A DNA stretch of 64,000 nucleotides from Promethearchaeia archaeon (lineage in GTDB: Archaea > Asgardarchaeota > Lokiarchaeia > Sigyniarchaeales > SOKP01). This document shows positions 39,381 through 49,750 of the stretch, piece by piece. Every line of letters begins with the position of its first letter. Position 1 is the stretch's first letter. The notes below the pieces were generated by a model. That model was given only the letters and a program-made list of their open reading frames with translations, did not search any database and was not told the DNA's origin. The translations under genes and the position numbers were made by a program. The stretch is taken from positions 84,120 through 148,119 of the forward strand of contig JAHQWK010000020.1 in assembly GCA_029856145.1 (NCBI GenBank), written 5' to 3'.

Positions 39381-39440
39381 ATAAAAAAATATTTAATAAT
39401 TAAAAAATAATTGAATTATCTATAAATATTTGAAACCATT

Positions 39441-41273
39441 CTATTTTGGGATATAATAATACTCATTTATCCGTTTTTGATAAATATCTTTATTACTTCC
39501 AATTTTATTTACACGAGGTCTTTTCGTAATACCATCTCTTCTAAACGTTATCCCCATAATCTTTAGAAACGTATTAAACCCATCTCTTAAGTTCTGAGGT
39601 GGTAAAGCATTACCTTCTAGTCCAGGACTCCCTTCAAAAACTAATATTGAATCTGCTATAAAATCTTGTGTTATAATATCATGCTCAACAACAAACCCAG
39701 ATTTTTTTAATTCCTCAATAGATTTTCTTAGTAGTTGAGCAACTTGTAATCTCATTTCAACATCTAAAAACGCTGATGGTTCATCAAATAAATAAATATC
39801 AGCTTCAGTAGAAAGGCATTTCGCAATTGTGATTCGCTGTAACTCACCCCCACTTAATTCAGAAAGATTTCTCTCCTTTATATTTTCTAAATTTAAATTA
39901 TTAATCAATCTCTTTTTATAGGATTGACTCAGATGAGGAGCTAATTTAATTTTTGTAATAATGTCAGAAACTTGTCCTTCCTCTTCAATTTTAATATACT
40001 GAGGCTTTATGGCGACTTTTAATTTTTGTGAGTTCTCTTCATTAAATATCTCATGTTCATCAGTAAGGTTGTAATTATCAGTATTTACTATATTCGCGAT
40101 AGAGTTTATAAACGTAGTTTTCCCAATTCCATTCGGCCCTAAAATTCCAATTATTTCACCAGCATGAATTTCACTCCCAGAAGCGTTCAAATGAAATCTC
40201 CCTAATGAAATCTCAATGTCATCATAGGAGAAAACAATATCTCCAGAATCAAATAATGATTCTTGAGGTGGACGTTCATGAAATATAATTGGATCTTCCC
40301 TAAATCTTATATTTTCATCTTTAATATATCCATTTAAATAAATATTAATACCAACTCTAACACCTTGAGGATGAGATACTATTCCATACACACCAGGTTG
40401 TCCATATAAAATCGAAACATAATCACTCAAATAATCTAAAATAGCTAAATCATGTTCAACAACAATTATCGTTTTATTCTTTTCTGATAATGTACGGATT
40501 AATTTTGCCATATTAATTCGTTCACTTACATCCAAGTATGAACTTGGCTCATCAAATAAGTAAACTTCCCCGTCTTTAAGATAAGCAGCAGCAATGGCTA
40601 CTCTTTGTAATTCTCCCCCTGACAATACTGAAATATCTCTATCTAAAATTTTACTAAGATTAAGATTTTCAGAAATCTGATCTAGCTGTTTCCCCCTATC
40701 ATTTTTATTCAAAAGATCTACTACTTTTCCGGAAACAAATTTAGGAATCACAGTAATGTTTTGAGGCTTATATATAATCTTGACTTTGTTATCTTTAAGT
40801 TCAATGAAATACTGATGAAGTTCAGAACCTTTGAAATGTTCAATTATTTCTTTCCAATCAGGGTGTTCCTCACCAAATCTACCAAAATTAATTTTTAATT
40901 CATTCGAAAGTAATTTTAATAAAGTACTTTTTCCAATTCCATTTTGTCCTATGAGTCCAAGAACTTTTCCTTTTTTTGGGATTGCCATTCGAAATAGTGA
41001 AAATTGATCTTGTCCATACCTATAGGAAATTTGATTTTCTAAAGGATCGGGCAAATTTACTATGCTTATTGCTTTAAAAGGACACTTTTTAATACAAATA
41101 CCCTCTCCAGAGCATAAGCTTTCTGTAATTATAACAAATTTCTCATCAGGGCTTAAAACTATTGTTTTGTCTCCAGTCCTAACTCTAGGGCAATATTTTA
41201 TACATGGTTTTTCCCCAAAAGGGCTACATTTATCTGGTTTGCAAAAATCCTTATTTAAAACTGCAATTCTCAT
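39441..41273 (-). CDS. rli1: Ribosome recycling ATPase ABCE1/Rli1
   Basis: N-terminal FeS domain, two NBDs with LSGGELQR, 'TFRRD...RPRVNK'. Confidence 0.97.
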   Translation of the reverse strand: MRIAVLNKDFCKPDKCSPFGEKPCIKYCPRVRTGDKTIVLSPDEKFVIITESLCSGEGICIKKCPFKAISIVNLPDPLENQISYRYGQDQFSLFRMAIPKKGKVLGLIGQNGIGKSTLLKLLSNELKINFGRFGEEHPDWKEIIEHFKGSELHQYFIELKDNKVKIIYKPQNITVIPKFVSGKVVDLLNKNDRGKQLDQISENLNLSKILDRDISVLSGGELQRVAIAAAYLKDGEVYLFDEPSSYLDVSERINMAKLIRTLSEKNKTIIVVEHDLAILDYLSDYVSILYGQPGVYGIVSHPQGVRVGINIYLNGYIKDENIRFREDPIIFHERPPQESLFDSGDIVFSYDDIEISLGRFHLNASGSEIHAGEIIGILGPNGIGKTTFINSIANIVNTDNYNLTDEHEIFNEENSQKLKVAIKPQYIKIEEEGQVSDIITKIKLAPHLSQSYKKRLINNLNLENIKERNLSELSGGELQRITIAKCLSTEADIYLFDEPSAFLDVEMRLQVAQLLRKSIEELKKSGFVVEHDIITQDFIADSILVFEGSPGLEGNALPPQNLRDGFNTFLKIMGITFRRDGITKRPRVNKIGSNKDIYQKRINEYYYIPK

Positions 41274-41412
41274 TATTTAATTCACAATTATTTAAAAGCA
41301 AAAATGAAAAATATAATTTGCTTACGTTAAATATACTATTATACATAATAGAAAAATTTTTGTAATACAAAATATTATCTCATTAAAGCAAAAGCTATTT
41401 AGTGAAGAAAAT

Positions 41413-43119
41413 TTGAATGAAGATTTTCCAGTTCATTGGCTAGAAGAAATTGTTAAAGAAATCTACTCGCGTAAACCTAATGAAATAACACTCTCTACAG
41501 GTAAGACCCCCTCAGGTCATATCCATTTAGGAATATTAAGAGAAATAATAATTTGTGATGCTTTAAGAAGAATTTTTGAGAAAGATGGTAAGACAGTCAA
41601 TAATTTGTTATTTTTCGACAGTTTAGATGCTGCTAAGCGATTTCCTCCATATATAGGCAATAATTTTCAAACCGAGCACATAGGGAAACCTTTTGCTATG
41701 ATTCCATGTCCTTATGAAGATTGTAAATGTGAAAGTTATGCTTATCATTTTGGTAACGAATTAATAGAAGTGTTTCCTGATTTTGGAATTAAATTAAGAA
41801 TAATTTGGACCCATGAGTTATATAAAACAAAAAAAATGCAGAGAAAAATAAAAATTGCCTTAGAAAATACAGAGAAGATTAAAAAAATCTTGAAGAAATA
41901 CATAATCCCTACATTGAAAGAAGAAGATAAAGAAGATTTCATAGAAATGCAGAAAGATTGGATGCCCGTAATGGCTATATGTGAAGAATGTAACAGAATT
42001 CAACATCGAGATAATAAAGGATCCATTAAACCAAATAGAATAAAAGAATACTTTAGAAACGAAGAAACTGTCTCATATGAATGTGAGGCGTGTGGGCATG
42101 CTGGAAAGATTTCTATTTGGAGTGGGAGATTAAAATTAAATTGGCGTGTGGATTGGCCTGCTAAATGGGCTTTATATACAACTACATGCGAACCTGCTGG
42201 TAAAGACCACAGTGTAAAAGGGGGGGCTTATGATACAGGAATTGAATTATGCCAAGCATTATATGAATATGAGGGACCTGTTAAAGTTCCTTATGAATTT
42301 ATAAGATTAGGTGATCAAGACATGGGAACTTCTAAAGGACATATTTTTACTCCAAAGAATTATTTAAATATCGCAGATCCAAGAATTTATAGAACAATAA
42401 TTTTAAGAACAAATCCAATAAAACACATTACATTTAGGATTGAAGAACTTCCGCAATATTATGATTATTATGAAAGAATGGAAGATATTTATTATAATTT
42501 AGAAATTACAGAAGATCCTGATGAAAGTAAGTTTTTTAAATACATATTTCCCTTAACTCAAGTAAGCGATATTCCTAAAACAAAGTTAAACAGATTACCC
42601 TTAAAACTTTTAACATTTTTAACCCAAATTCAAAATATTTTAAGTTTAGAGAGAATCTATGAAAAAGCTAAATTCTACGCAGAAAAACACAATTTTAGTA
42701 GTATAATTACTATACAAGAATTCGAGGCACTTCTTTCCCAAACAAATAACTGGATTGGAGAAGTAAAAAAAATATTTGAAAGTGAAAAAGATCCAAAAAT
42801 TAAAAAAGAGATCATGAGAAAATTAGAGCTTTTTACCATTCCGGAAGAAGTTGATGAAATTATATTAGAGAAAATGGATAAAAATCAGATCAAAGGTATC
42901 CATCTTTTAAGAGAATATTGTAAAAAAATTGAAGCTTTAGATGCTGATTCCATTCAAAACAAGATCTTTTCTATTGCAAAGAATGATTTAGATCTTTCTC
43001 CAAGAAAATTTTTTGAAGCTATCTATCAAATAATCTTAGGTAAAAAAAGTGGTCCACGCTTAGGATCATTTCTCTCCTTGTTAGATAAAAGTTGGCTATT
43101 AGCGAGATTAGATATTTAA
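41413..43119 (+). CDS. lysS: Lysine-tRNA ligase, class I
   Basis: 'TPSGHIHLG', 'WRVDWPAKW', 'GKDH', 'GPRLG'. Confidence 0.97.
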   Translation: MNEDFPVHWLEEIVKEIYSRKPNEITLSTGKTPSGHIHLGILREIIICDALRRIFEKDGKTVNNLLFFDSLDAAKRFPPYIGNNFQTEHIGKPFAMIPCPYEDCKCESYAYHFGNELIEVFPDFGIKLRIIWTHELYKTKKMQRKIKIALENTEKIKKILKKYIIPTLKEEDKEDFIEMQKDWMPVMAICEECNRIQHRDNKGSIKPNRIKEYFRNEETVSYECEACGHAGKISIWSGRLKLNWRVDWPAKWALYTTTCEPAGKDHSVKGGAYDTGIELCQALYEYEGPVKVPYEFIRLGDQDMGTSKGHIFTPKNYLNIADPRIYRTIILRTNPIKHITFRIEELPQYYDYYERMEDIYYNLEITEDPDESKFFKYIFPLTQVSDIPKTKLNRLPLKLLTFLTQIQNILSLERIYEKAKFYAEKHNFSSIITIQEFEALLSQTNNWIGEVKKIFESEKDPKIKKEIMRKLELFTIPEEVDEIILEKMDKNQIKGIHLLREYCKKIEALDADSIQNKIFSIAKNDLDLSPRKFFEAIYQIILGKKSGPRLGSFLSLLDKSWLLARLDI

Positions 43120-43158
43120 CTTTTTAAATTCTTTATTTTAGATGAACAAAATTATTTA

Positions 43159-43335
43159 TTAGGGTTCTTTCTTTTTCCTTCTGAATAATCTTCTTTTTTT
43201 CTTTTCTTTTAAGTTATTATAACATTCAGTACAATAAGTAAAAGCCTCTGTAATCATTTCTCCACATTTTTTACAGTGTTTGTGAGGGTCAATATAAGTT
43301 TCAGCCTTTTTTTTATATCTTTCGAATTTACTCAA
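43159..43335 (-). CDS. 58-aa Zn-ribbon protein (DUF2116-like)
   Basis: TTG start with GGAG SD; 'IDPHKHCKKCGEMI...YCTECY' and basic tail; below the ORF-track cutoff. Confidence 0.8.
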   Translation of the reverse strand: MSKFERYKKKAETYIDPHKHCKKCGEMITEAFTYCTECYNNLKEKKKRRLFRRKKKEP

Positions 43336-43779
43336 GTTAAATCTCCAAATGATTTTAAATATATAATTACTAATGAATTATAACTTTTTCACTCCATTCT
43401 TATCAATTTTTATATGATAAAATTGAGTATTTTTTAATTTATTTGTTATCTCTACTGGATATGACGAAAACTTTGAAGTAAGAGCTTCTTTATCTGTAAT
43501 TAATTTATTTAATCCGTGAAGGTGCTTGAATTAATATATCTGGGATCAAACTCAATAGAAAACTCTTTATGTCTTTAAGCAAAATAATTACCAAAATTCG
43601 AGTTTAATTTTATTAATTATAACATGAATGTGGTTTTAAGTTTTGTTTTAAGAGTTAGTTGAAAAATTCAAATAGATTTAAATTCTTACCAATAAACACG
43701 AATCTTATAGATTTTTGATGATTGTGGTTGTTGAGAAAAAATTTATGTTTTTATAAATCTTGTTATAAATATTAATGAA

Positions 43780-44901
43780 ATGGTCAAAAAGAGTAAGTAC
43801 AAACTTTTTTCATATCTTATTGAAAATTGTTTAATCTACTACAAGAGTTTAAGAGAAAACAACAAAATAATCTCATTCGCAATTTTAGAATGCCTAAATT
43901 ATAAATCAATAGATTCTATTTTAAATGACTTGCTAAGACGTAGAGTAATTCAATACTACTCTATCCAAATAAATACTGATGATAAAAATAAAAAAGTAAT
44001 ACTTCTAAATTTTGAAGAGAGTAAAAAAGAAAATATAATTAAAGCTTTTAATATTGTCCAACAAAATTTGGGAGAAACCCATAAACCAACTAAATTTTTA
44101 AAGGAAAAATTCTTAGAAGAAAGATTTTTAGCAATTATTTTTCAGAATTTTAGTTCTAATACAACTATTACAAAAAGTTCTGAATCAATTATAATTTCAA
44201 CTGAGAATAAATTAAAGGTTTTAAATTTTTTCACAATAGATTTTGATTTTATTGAAAAAACACACACATTTATATCAAACTTCTTAAATCTAGTTACTAA
44301 TATCGCGGAAAAAGGCTTTTTAATACTTAATTTTAAAATAGAAAATAGCGAAAACATTAAGATTTCACCTTATTTTGTTTTAGAAACTGATAATATTAAG
44401 AAAATCCTTAATATTGAGAATAAAGTTAATAATTTTTTTCATTCTAATTTGTTAAAAAGGCATAATATTAAAATAAAGACATTTTCTAATTTTCTTTGGA
44501 GATTAGGAATTAATGACACTTTCTTCTTTTTAGATGATTATTATGACCTGTTTTATTCTAATAATTCATCTGATTCCCTAGATTTATTAGAAATGAATAA
44601 ATTAATTGAAGAAAATCTATTAAATAATCAAATTGAATATATGAGATTAAGCAAAAACTTACTATTTATTGAGCAAAGTTATGTATTTTTAATATTAGAA
44701 AACCTTGATTGTGATAATATTTATAAAATCATTGAAAAATACCATCCTAAATATTTTATTTATATTTTAATATTAAATGATTTAGAAAATAAAGAATTAC
44801 AAAAAATTAAATCTATAAAATTAATAGAAAATATAAAAATCGTTAATCCTATAGAAATTCGAATTTTTAATTATAAGGAATTTAAGAGAAATGATAATTA
44901 A
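43780..44901 (+). CDS. Hypothetical protein
   Basis: 373-aa ORF. Confidence 0.75.
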   Translation: MVKKSKYKLFSYLIENCLIYYKSLRENNKIISFAILECLNYKSIDSILNDLLRRRVIQYYSIQINTDDKNKKVILLNFEESKKENIIKAFNIVQQNLGETHKPTKFLKEKFLEERFLAIIFQNFSSNTTITKSSESIIISTENKLKVLNFFTIDFDFIEKTHTFISNFLNLVTNIAEKGFLILNFKIENSENIKISPYFVLETDNIKKILNIENKVNNFFHSNLLKRHNIKIKTFSNFLWRLGINDTFFFLDDYYDLFYSNNSSDSLDLLEMNKLIEENLLNNQIEYMRLSKNLLFIEQSYVFLILENLDCDNIYKIIEKYHPKYFIYILILNDLENKELQKIKSIKLIENIKIVNPIEIRIFNYKEFKRNDN

Positions 44902-45161
44902 AAAATACCTAAGTCAATTGCAATATCTTGAGCCGAATATTCAGGATGCAATTTAACAAATGCTTTTTTTTCTCCTTTAGGTGTAATCATAGTGTTGACT
45001 TTTATCACTTTTACATTATGTAATTTTTCAATGGCTTTTTTAATTTGACTTTTATTTGCTTTTCTATTTACTATAAATACTAATTTGTTCTCTTTTTCGA
45101 TTAAATCAAAAGTTTTCTCAGTAATTAATGGCTTTTTAATGATTTTATAAAATATCTCCAC
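44898..45161 (-). CDS. rpl23: 50S ribosomal protein uL23
   Basis: 'PLITEK', 'KVNT...GEKKAFVKL'. Confidence 0.98.
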   Translation of the reverse strand: MEIFYKIIKKPLITEKTFDLIEKENKLVFIVNRKANKSQIKKAIEKLHNVKVIKVNTMITPKGEKKAFVKLHPEYSAQDIAIDLGIF

Positions 45162-45950
45162 TTATACGAACACCTCATAGTTGTGTAAATCATTAATAGC
45201 AGATTGGGTCCAAAGTATTAATCTCCCTGATGATCCGCTAGGAGCTAGATTATTAATTGATAAATTTTCAATTTTAATAACATCCGTTCCTGGAATATTT
45301 CTTGAAGCTTTGATAATTCCAAAATCGTCTTTTATTACAATTAAAATCCCCTTCTTTTTTTTATATTTGCGACCTCTTGATTTACCTTTCCCGGCTCTTA
45401 TTTTTACATTTTTCTTAATCTTAATTAGATTCTCCTCTAATCCAAGACTGCATAAAATTGAATAGATCCCTGTTGTTTTTTTTATCGTTTGGATTTTATC
45501 ATCAACAACCAATGGAATTTCAGGCATATGTTCAATATTATAACCTCCCTTCTTAACCCAAGCTTTATCCCCAGAAGCAGAAATTGCAGATATTATTGAT
45601 AGTTTATTTATACGTTTATTAATTTTCTTCTTAATTTTTTTTTTGGTTTTTCTTGGGTGTGTTTGTCGACCTCCTTTAGCAAAGGGTACACGCCCTACAT
45701 TTCTTGCAGTTATAAATCCACTTCCTTTTATTCTAGGGGCTCTTGATATTCCGTGACCAGTCCCCCACCCTTCAGCAGTATTTCTTAGTCCTGCCCTTTT
45801 ATCTCTTCCTTGAATTTGCTTATTTTTACTCTGAAATACTAAACTTGCTATTTGAATAAGATCAATTCTAGGTTTTACATCAAATACTTTTGGTTTATCA
45901 ATAAATCCTTTTTTCTTTCCATCTAAATTATAAACATTTATTTTTTCCAT
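45162..45950 (-). CDS. rpl4: 50S ribosomal protein uL4
   Basis: 'WGTGHGISRAPR', 'RAGKGK.RGR', 'LAP...GRL..WT'. Confidence 0.98.
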   Translation of the reverse strand: MEKINVYNLDGKKKGFIDKPKVFDVKPRIDLIQIASLVFQSKNKQIQGRDKRAGLRNTAEGWGTGHGISRAPRIKGSGFITARNVGRVPFAKGGRQTHPRKTKKKIKKKINKRINKLSIISAISASGDKAWVKKGGYNIEHMPEIPLVVDDKIQTIKKTTGIYSILCSLGLEENLIKIKKNVKIRAGKGKSRGRKYKKKKGILIVIKDDFGIIKASRNIPGTDVIKIENLSINNLAPSGSSGRLILWTQSAINDLHNYEVFV

Positions 45951-45972
45951 AATATCACCAGAATTATAAAAA

Positions 45973-46992
45973 TTATTTTCTTTGTTGACTTTCTCGACTT
46001 ATAAATGTAATTTCTGGAGTATTTAATATAAAAGATCTTGATGGTCTTATTGTTTTTCTTATTCTAACTAATCTTTTTTTAGGTCCTGGAATAGAGCCTA
46101 AGAGTAATATATAATCTCCACGAATCTTCCCATATCTGATAAATCCTCCTTTTGGGTTTATTTCTTCTTCATTTTCACCAATTTGCATTATTCTTTTATG
46201 ATATTCTGTCCTTTGATGAAATCCTAATTGACCCGCACGTGGAACTGTATAAAGAACTCTAGCAGGATGCCAAGGACCAATACAAGCAACAGCTCTCTTT
46301 ATTTTACTGTTTTTACGTGTGAGAATTTTTATTCCAAATCTCTTAACAGGACCCTGGAATCCTTTTCCTTTAGTTACAGCGATCACATCAACTAATTCTC
46401 CTTCAGTTAAAACATCTCGTGCCTTAATTTCTTTACCTAAGTTTTTATATGTAAAATTAAATTCATCCTTTGGTTGATTTATTGAATTTATTTTTATTTC
46501 AATAATATCAGGTTTCTTTCTAGGTATTGATGTTTTATAGGGCTGTGTTTGAAAAATCCCTCTAATCTCACTTGTTTTATTTAAGGCTTTCAATATTTCT
46601 TTTTTATTATCCTTAGTTTCTTTTTTTTCTAAATTTGGTAGATTTATTTTCCGAGATAAATAATTATTAAATTCGTGAGTATATAATTCTCCAATTATAT
46701 ACTTACCATACTCATCTTCATTATAAACTCTAATCCCTATAAGAATTAATGGAGGGACTTCAATGATTGTCACAGGTTTCATTAATTCTTTTCCATAATA
46801 CGGGCTATTTTTCTGATCCTCTATATATGTAATATGAGTCATACCTGCTTTAAATCCAGCAAATCCAAGAAATTTAATCTCATCTAAACTATCTAACCAA
46901 TGTCGAACTCGACCTTTTATTTGTACTGCTCTTTTTCTAGGCAGAAATGCTAATGATCCATGTCTGGGGGCGTGTTTTTTCCGATGACCCAT
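45973..46992 (-). CDS. rpl3: 50S ribosomal protein uL3
   Basis: 'PRHGSLAFLPRKRA', 'GFKAGMTH', 'GPWHP', 'GFHQRTE'. Confidence 0.98.
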   Translation of the reverse strand: MGHRKKHAPRHGSLAFLPRKRAVQIKGRVRHWLDSLDEIKFLGFAGFKAGMTHITYIEDQKNSPYYGKELMKPVTIIEVPPLILIGIRVYNEDEYGKYIIGELYTHEFNNYLSRKINLPNLEKKETKDNKKEILKALNKTSEIRGIFQTQPYKTSIPRKKPDIIEIKINSINQPKDEFNFTYKNLGKEIKARDVLTEGELVDVIAVTKGKGFQGPVKRFGIKILTRKNSKIKRAVACIGPWHPARVLYTVPRAGQLGFHQRTEYHKRIMQIGENEEEINPKGGFIRYGKIRGDYILLLGSIPGPKKRLVRIRKTIRPSRSFILNTPEITFISRESQQRK

Positions 46993-47117
46993 TATTTATC
47001 ACATTTGCTTTTGGAAGTGAATTTTTTAAAATAAATAAATTTTTTCATTTAAATCTAATTTTATCGCTTAGTGGTAAAATAGGGCTGTTTAAATTTTTCT
47101 TTTTAAAAAATATTTAA

Positions 47118-49298
47118 ATGTCTTTGAAAGATCCAAGTTATTTTAAAGAAAAAGAAAATTTAGATGGGAAAAAAGATATTATTTTAATCTTAGATTGTTA
47201 TAATTGCCCCCAAAAAGAAACTAATTTCTTTAAATCTAAAAAATGTATCAACTGTTTTTTAAAGACTCTATTTATTAATAGAAATCAAAAATTTGATTAT
47301 ATATCAATACTATGTAATGATATTTTAATTAATAATAATCAATTCGAATTATTTTTAGATTATTTCAAGATTTTAAAAACAATTAAAAGAATCAAATCTA
47401 AAATTGAAAAAATTCGAAATCAAAAATGTAAATATCAGGAATTTAAATGTAAGATTTTCCCAAATATTTCTTCTTTATATAAAATTAAAGATTTTGAATA
47501 CCTCAATCCAACTTTTATTTATAATAATTATGCTAAAGGATTTTCAAATCTAAAGAAAGAAAGTATTAATAATTCAATTTGTCAAGAATGTCATAATTCA
47601 ATTAGAACTTCAGTAGAATACCTTCTTAAAGTCTTAAATGATTTAAGAATTATTCAAAAACTTAAGAATTTTAAAATAGATACCAAAACTTATAAAAATC
47701 TCAGCAATTTTTATGAATATATTTTTTCAGGACCTTCATTAATAATAAATGATGTTCAAGAAATTCCAGATAAGAGTTTAGATAAAGACAAACAATTATT
47801 AAACTCCTATAATCTCGGTAATTCTGAAGTTTTTAAGGTTCTTATTTTTGAAAATGAATATGAAACTGAGAAGAATTACAGGGTTGAACTCTTCTTTAAG
47901 GGGGAAACACAGGAGGATTACTTCGAAAAGATTATACAGGATATTTATCATAATATTGAGATTATAGAACTTGATGAAATAGTTCCACTTGAAGAATTAA
48001 TTGAATTTTATGAAAGAGAATCTTTAAAAATTTTAAATTCAAAATATAAATTTTCGAACCCTGTTAGTCAAAAGATTGGATTTTTAGCTGCGATAAAAAA
48101 ATTGAACTTAGACAAATTATTTCCACTATTAATCGATGATTTTATAGAGGAGATATTTTTAGATTCTCCCAAAGATGAAATCTATATAAATCATCAAATA
48201 CATGGTCGCTGTCGAACGATGACAAGATTTAATTCAAAAGAACTCGAGCGTATTAAAGCATTGATTAGGTTATATAGTGGACAAAGGCTTGATTTTAAGA
48301 ATCCAATTATCAAATTTGTTATTAAAAATAAATATTTTTACTGCAGATTTTCTATTGACGTTGAGCCAATTCAAATCAATAACTTTGCTTTAGATATAAG
48401 GAAGTTAAATAAAAACATTTTCACTATACAAGATTTACTAAAAAATGGGACAATAGATCCTTTAATAGCCGCATTTTTATACTTTAATATTCTTCGCAGA
48501 AGAAATATTACAATCACGGGTGAGACTGACACAGGAAAAACAACTTTAATTAATGCTTTAGATTTATTAACTCCAAAAGAATTTAGAAAGATTTATGTTG
48601 AAAATATTACGGAATCATTAAATCAAATTGAATTTGGCAAGCACCAATTAAAATATAAAGTAGATTCATTAGAAGAATCGATTATAGAAAAATATTCAAA
48701 AAGTAACCAGATTAAAACTCTTTTACACAGAACACCCGATATTATATATCTAGGTGAGATTCTCACAAAAGAGGAAACGGAGGCTATGTTCCAATGTTTA
48801 GCAGCCGGATTAAGAGGGTTTCAGACAATACATTCCAAAAATATTGATTCTCTTATGAACCGTTTTCTCTATCACTTTAAAATAAATAAGTCGTGTCTTA
48901 ATGATTTGGATATTATTATATTGATGAAAAAAAAATATAATGAAAGAAAAGTTGTTGGAATATTTGAAATTAGTAAATCTCTTGAATCTAAAAATAAACT
49001 ATTCAACTCTATTTTTGAATACAATCCACAAACAAACAAATGGGTATTAACAAAATCACTTTATGAGACAAATATGATTTTAGATATAAAGAAGTATGAG
49101 GATTTAACAAAAGAAAATTTCTTATCATTGATTAAGGTATATAATGAAATCTTCGAGTTTTTATTAAAATCAGATAAAATAGAGAATATCGAATTAATTG
49201 AATTCTTTCATAAAATTTCATATTATTCAGCAATTTCTCTTGACTCATTAAAACAATTTTGGAATATTTGGAAAAAGAATCGAAGTTTAAATTTTTAA
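47118..49298 (+). CDS. Type II/IV secretion (TadA/VirB11-like) ATPase with Cys-rich N-terminal extension
   Basis: 'LDIRK', Walker A GETDTGKTT, 'PDIIYLGE', 'FQTIH'. Confidence 0.9.
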   Translation: MSLKDPSYFKEKENLDGKKDIILILDCYNCPQKETNFFKSKKCINCFLKTLFINRNQKFDYISILCNDILINNNQFELFLDYFKILKTIKRIKSKIEKIRNQKCKYQEFKCKIFPNISSLYKIKDFEYLNPTFIYNNYAKGFSNLKKESINNSICQECHNSIRTSVEYLLKVLNDLRIIQKLKNFKIDTKTYKNLSNFYEYIFSGPSLIINDVQEIPDKSLDKDKQLLNSYNLGNSEVFKVLIFENEYETEKNYRVELFFKGETQEDYFEKIIQDIYHNIEIIELDEIVPLEELIEFYERESLKILNSKYKFSNPVSQKIGFLAAIKKLNLDKLFPLLIDDFIEEIFLDSPKDEIYINHQIHGRCRTMTRFNSKELERIKALIRLYSGQRLDFKNPIIKFVIKNKYFYCRFSIDVEPIQINNFALDIRKLNKNIFTIQDLLKNGTIDPLIAAFLYFNILRRRNITITGETDTGKTTLINALDLLTPKEFRKIYVENITESLNQIEFGKHQLKYKVDSLEESIIEKYSKSNQIKTLLHRTPDIIYLGEILTKEETEAMFQCLAAGLRGFQTIHSKNIDSLMNRFLYHFKINKSCLNDLDIIILMKKKYNERKVVGIFEISKSLESKNKLFNSIFEYNPQTNKWVLTKSLYETNMILDIKKYEDLTKENFLSLIKVYNEIFEFLLKSDKIENIELIEFFHKISYYSAISLDSLKQFWNIWKKNRSLNF

Positions 49299-49314
49299 AT
49301 TTGTATTCAATTAT

Positions 49315-49737
49315 ATGACAAATCTGATTGAAAAATCCTTACTATTGGGGTTTGGGATTTTTACTCTTACAATTTTTTCTTCCATCATAATTCCTTTCTT
49401 AGGAACAATAGCAGAATTTAATCAAAATGGAAGGAATGATTTAGAAACTTATATGTTCTTTATTAATGAAATTGATCAAGGAATTAATTATATAGTACAA
49501 AATCAAGATGAAGACTATCTGAAGGATGTTGATTATCCCTCTAATTTAAATATATCTTTTTATGCTAACATTGCCAAATATGAATTTTTAATTGAAAATC
49601 AACTTTGCGTTAAAATAAAAGAATATAATGAGTTTTTTATCAATCTTGATTTTCATCAAATTCCCCCTGGACTATATCTTTTGAATATCTCCCGTTGTTC
49701 ATCGTTAATCAAAGTTAATATTAGTAACTTACATTAA
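49315..49737 (+). CDS. Pilin-like protein
   Basis: N-terminus 'TNLIEKSLLLGFGIF' resembles the mature N-terminus of the 38053 pilin; lies between the ATPase and platform genes. Confidence 0.6.
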   Translation: MTNLIEKSLLLGFGIFTLTIFSSIIIPFLGTIAEFNQNGRNDLETYMFFINEIDQGINYIVQNQDEDYLKDVDYPSNLNISFYANIAKYEFLIENQLCVKIKEYNEFFINLDFHQIPPGLYLLNISRCSSLIKVNISNLH

Positions 49738-49750
49738 AATTCTAAATTGT

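Noticed and set aside
43400-43779. Long intergenic stretch as a pseudogene or ncRNA
   Set aside because: Only short open fragments with no recognisable homology or stable structure
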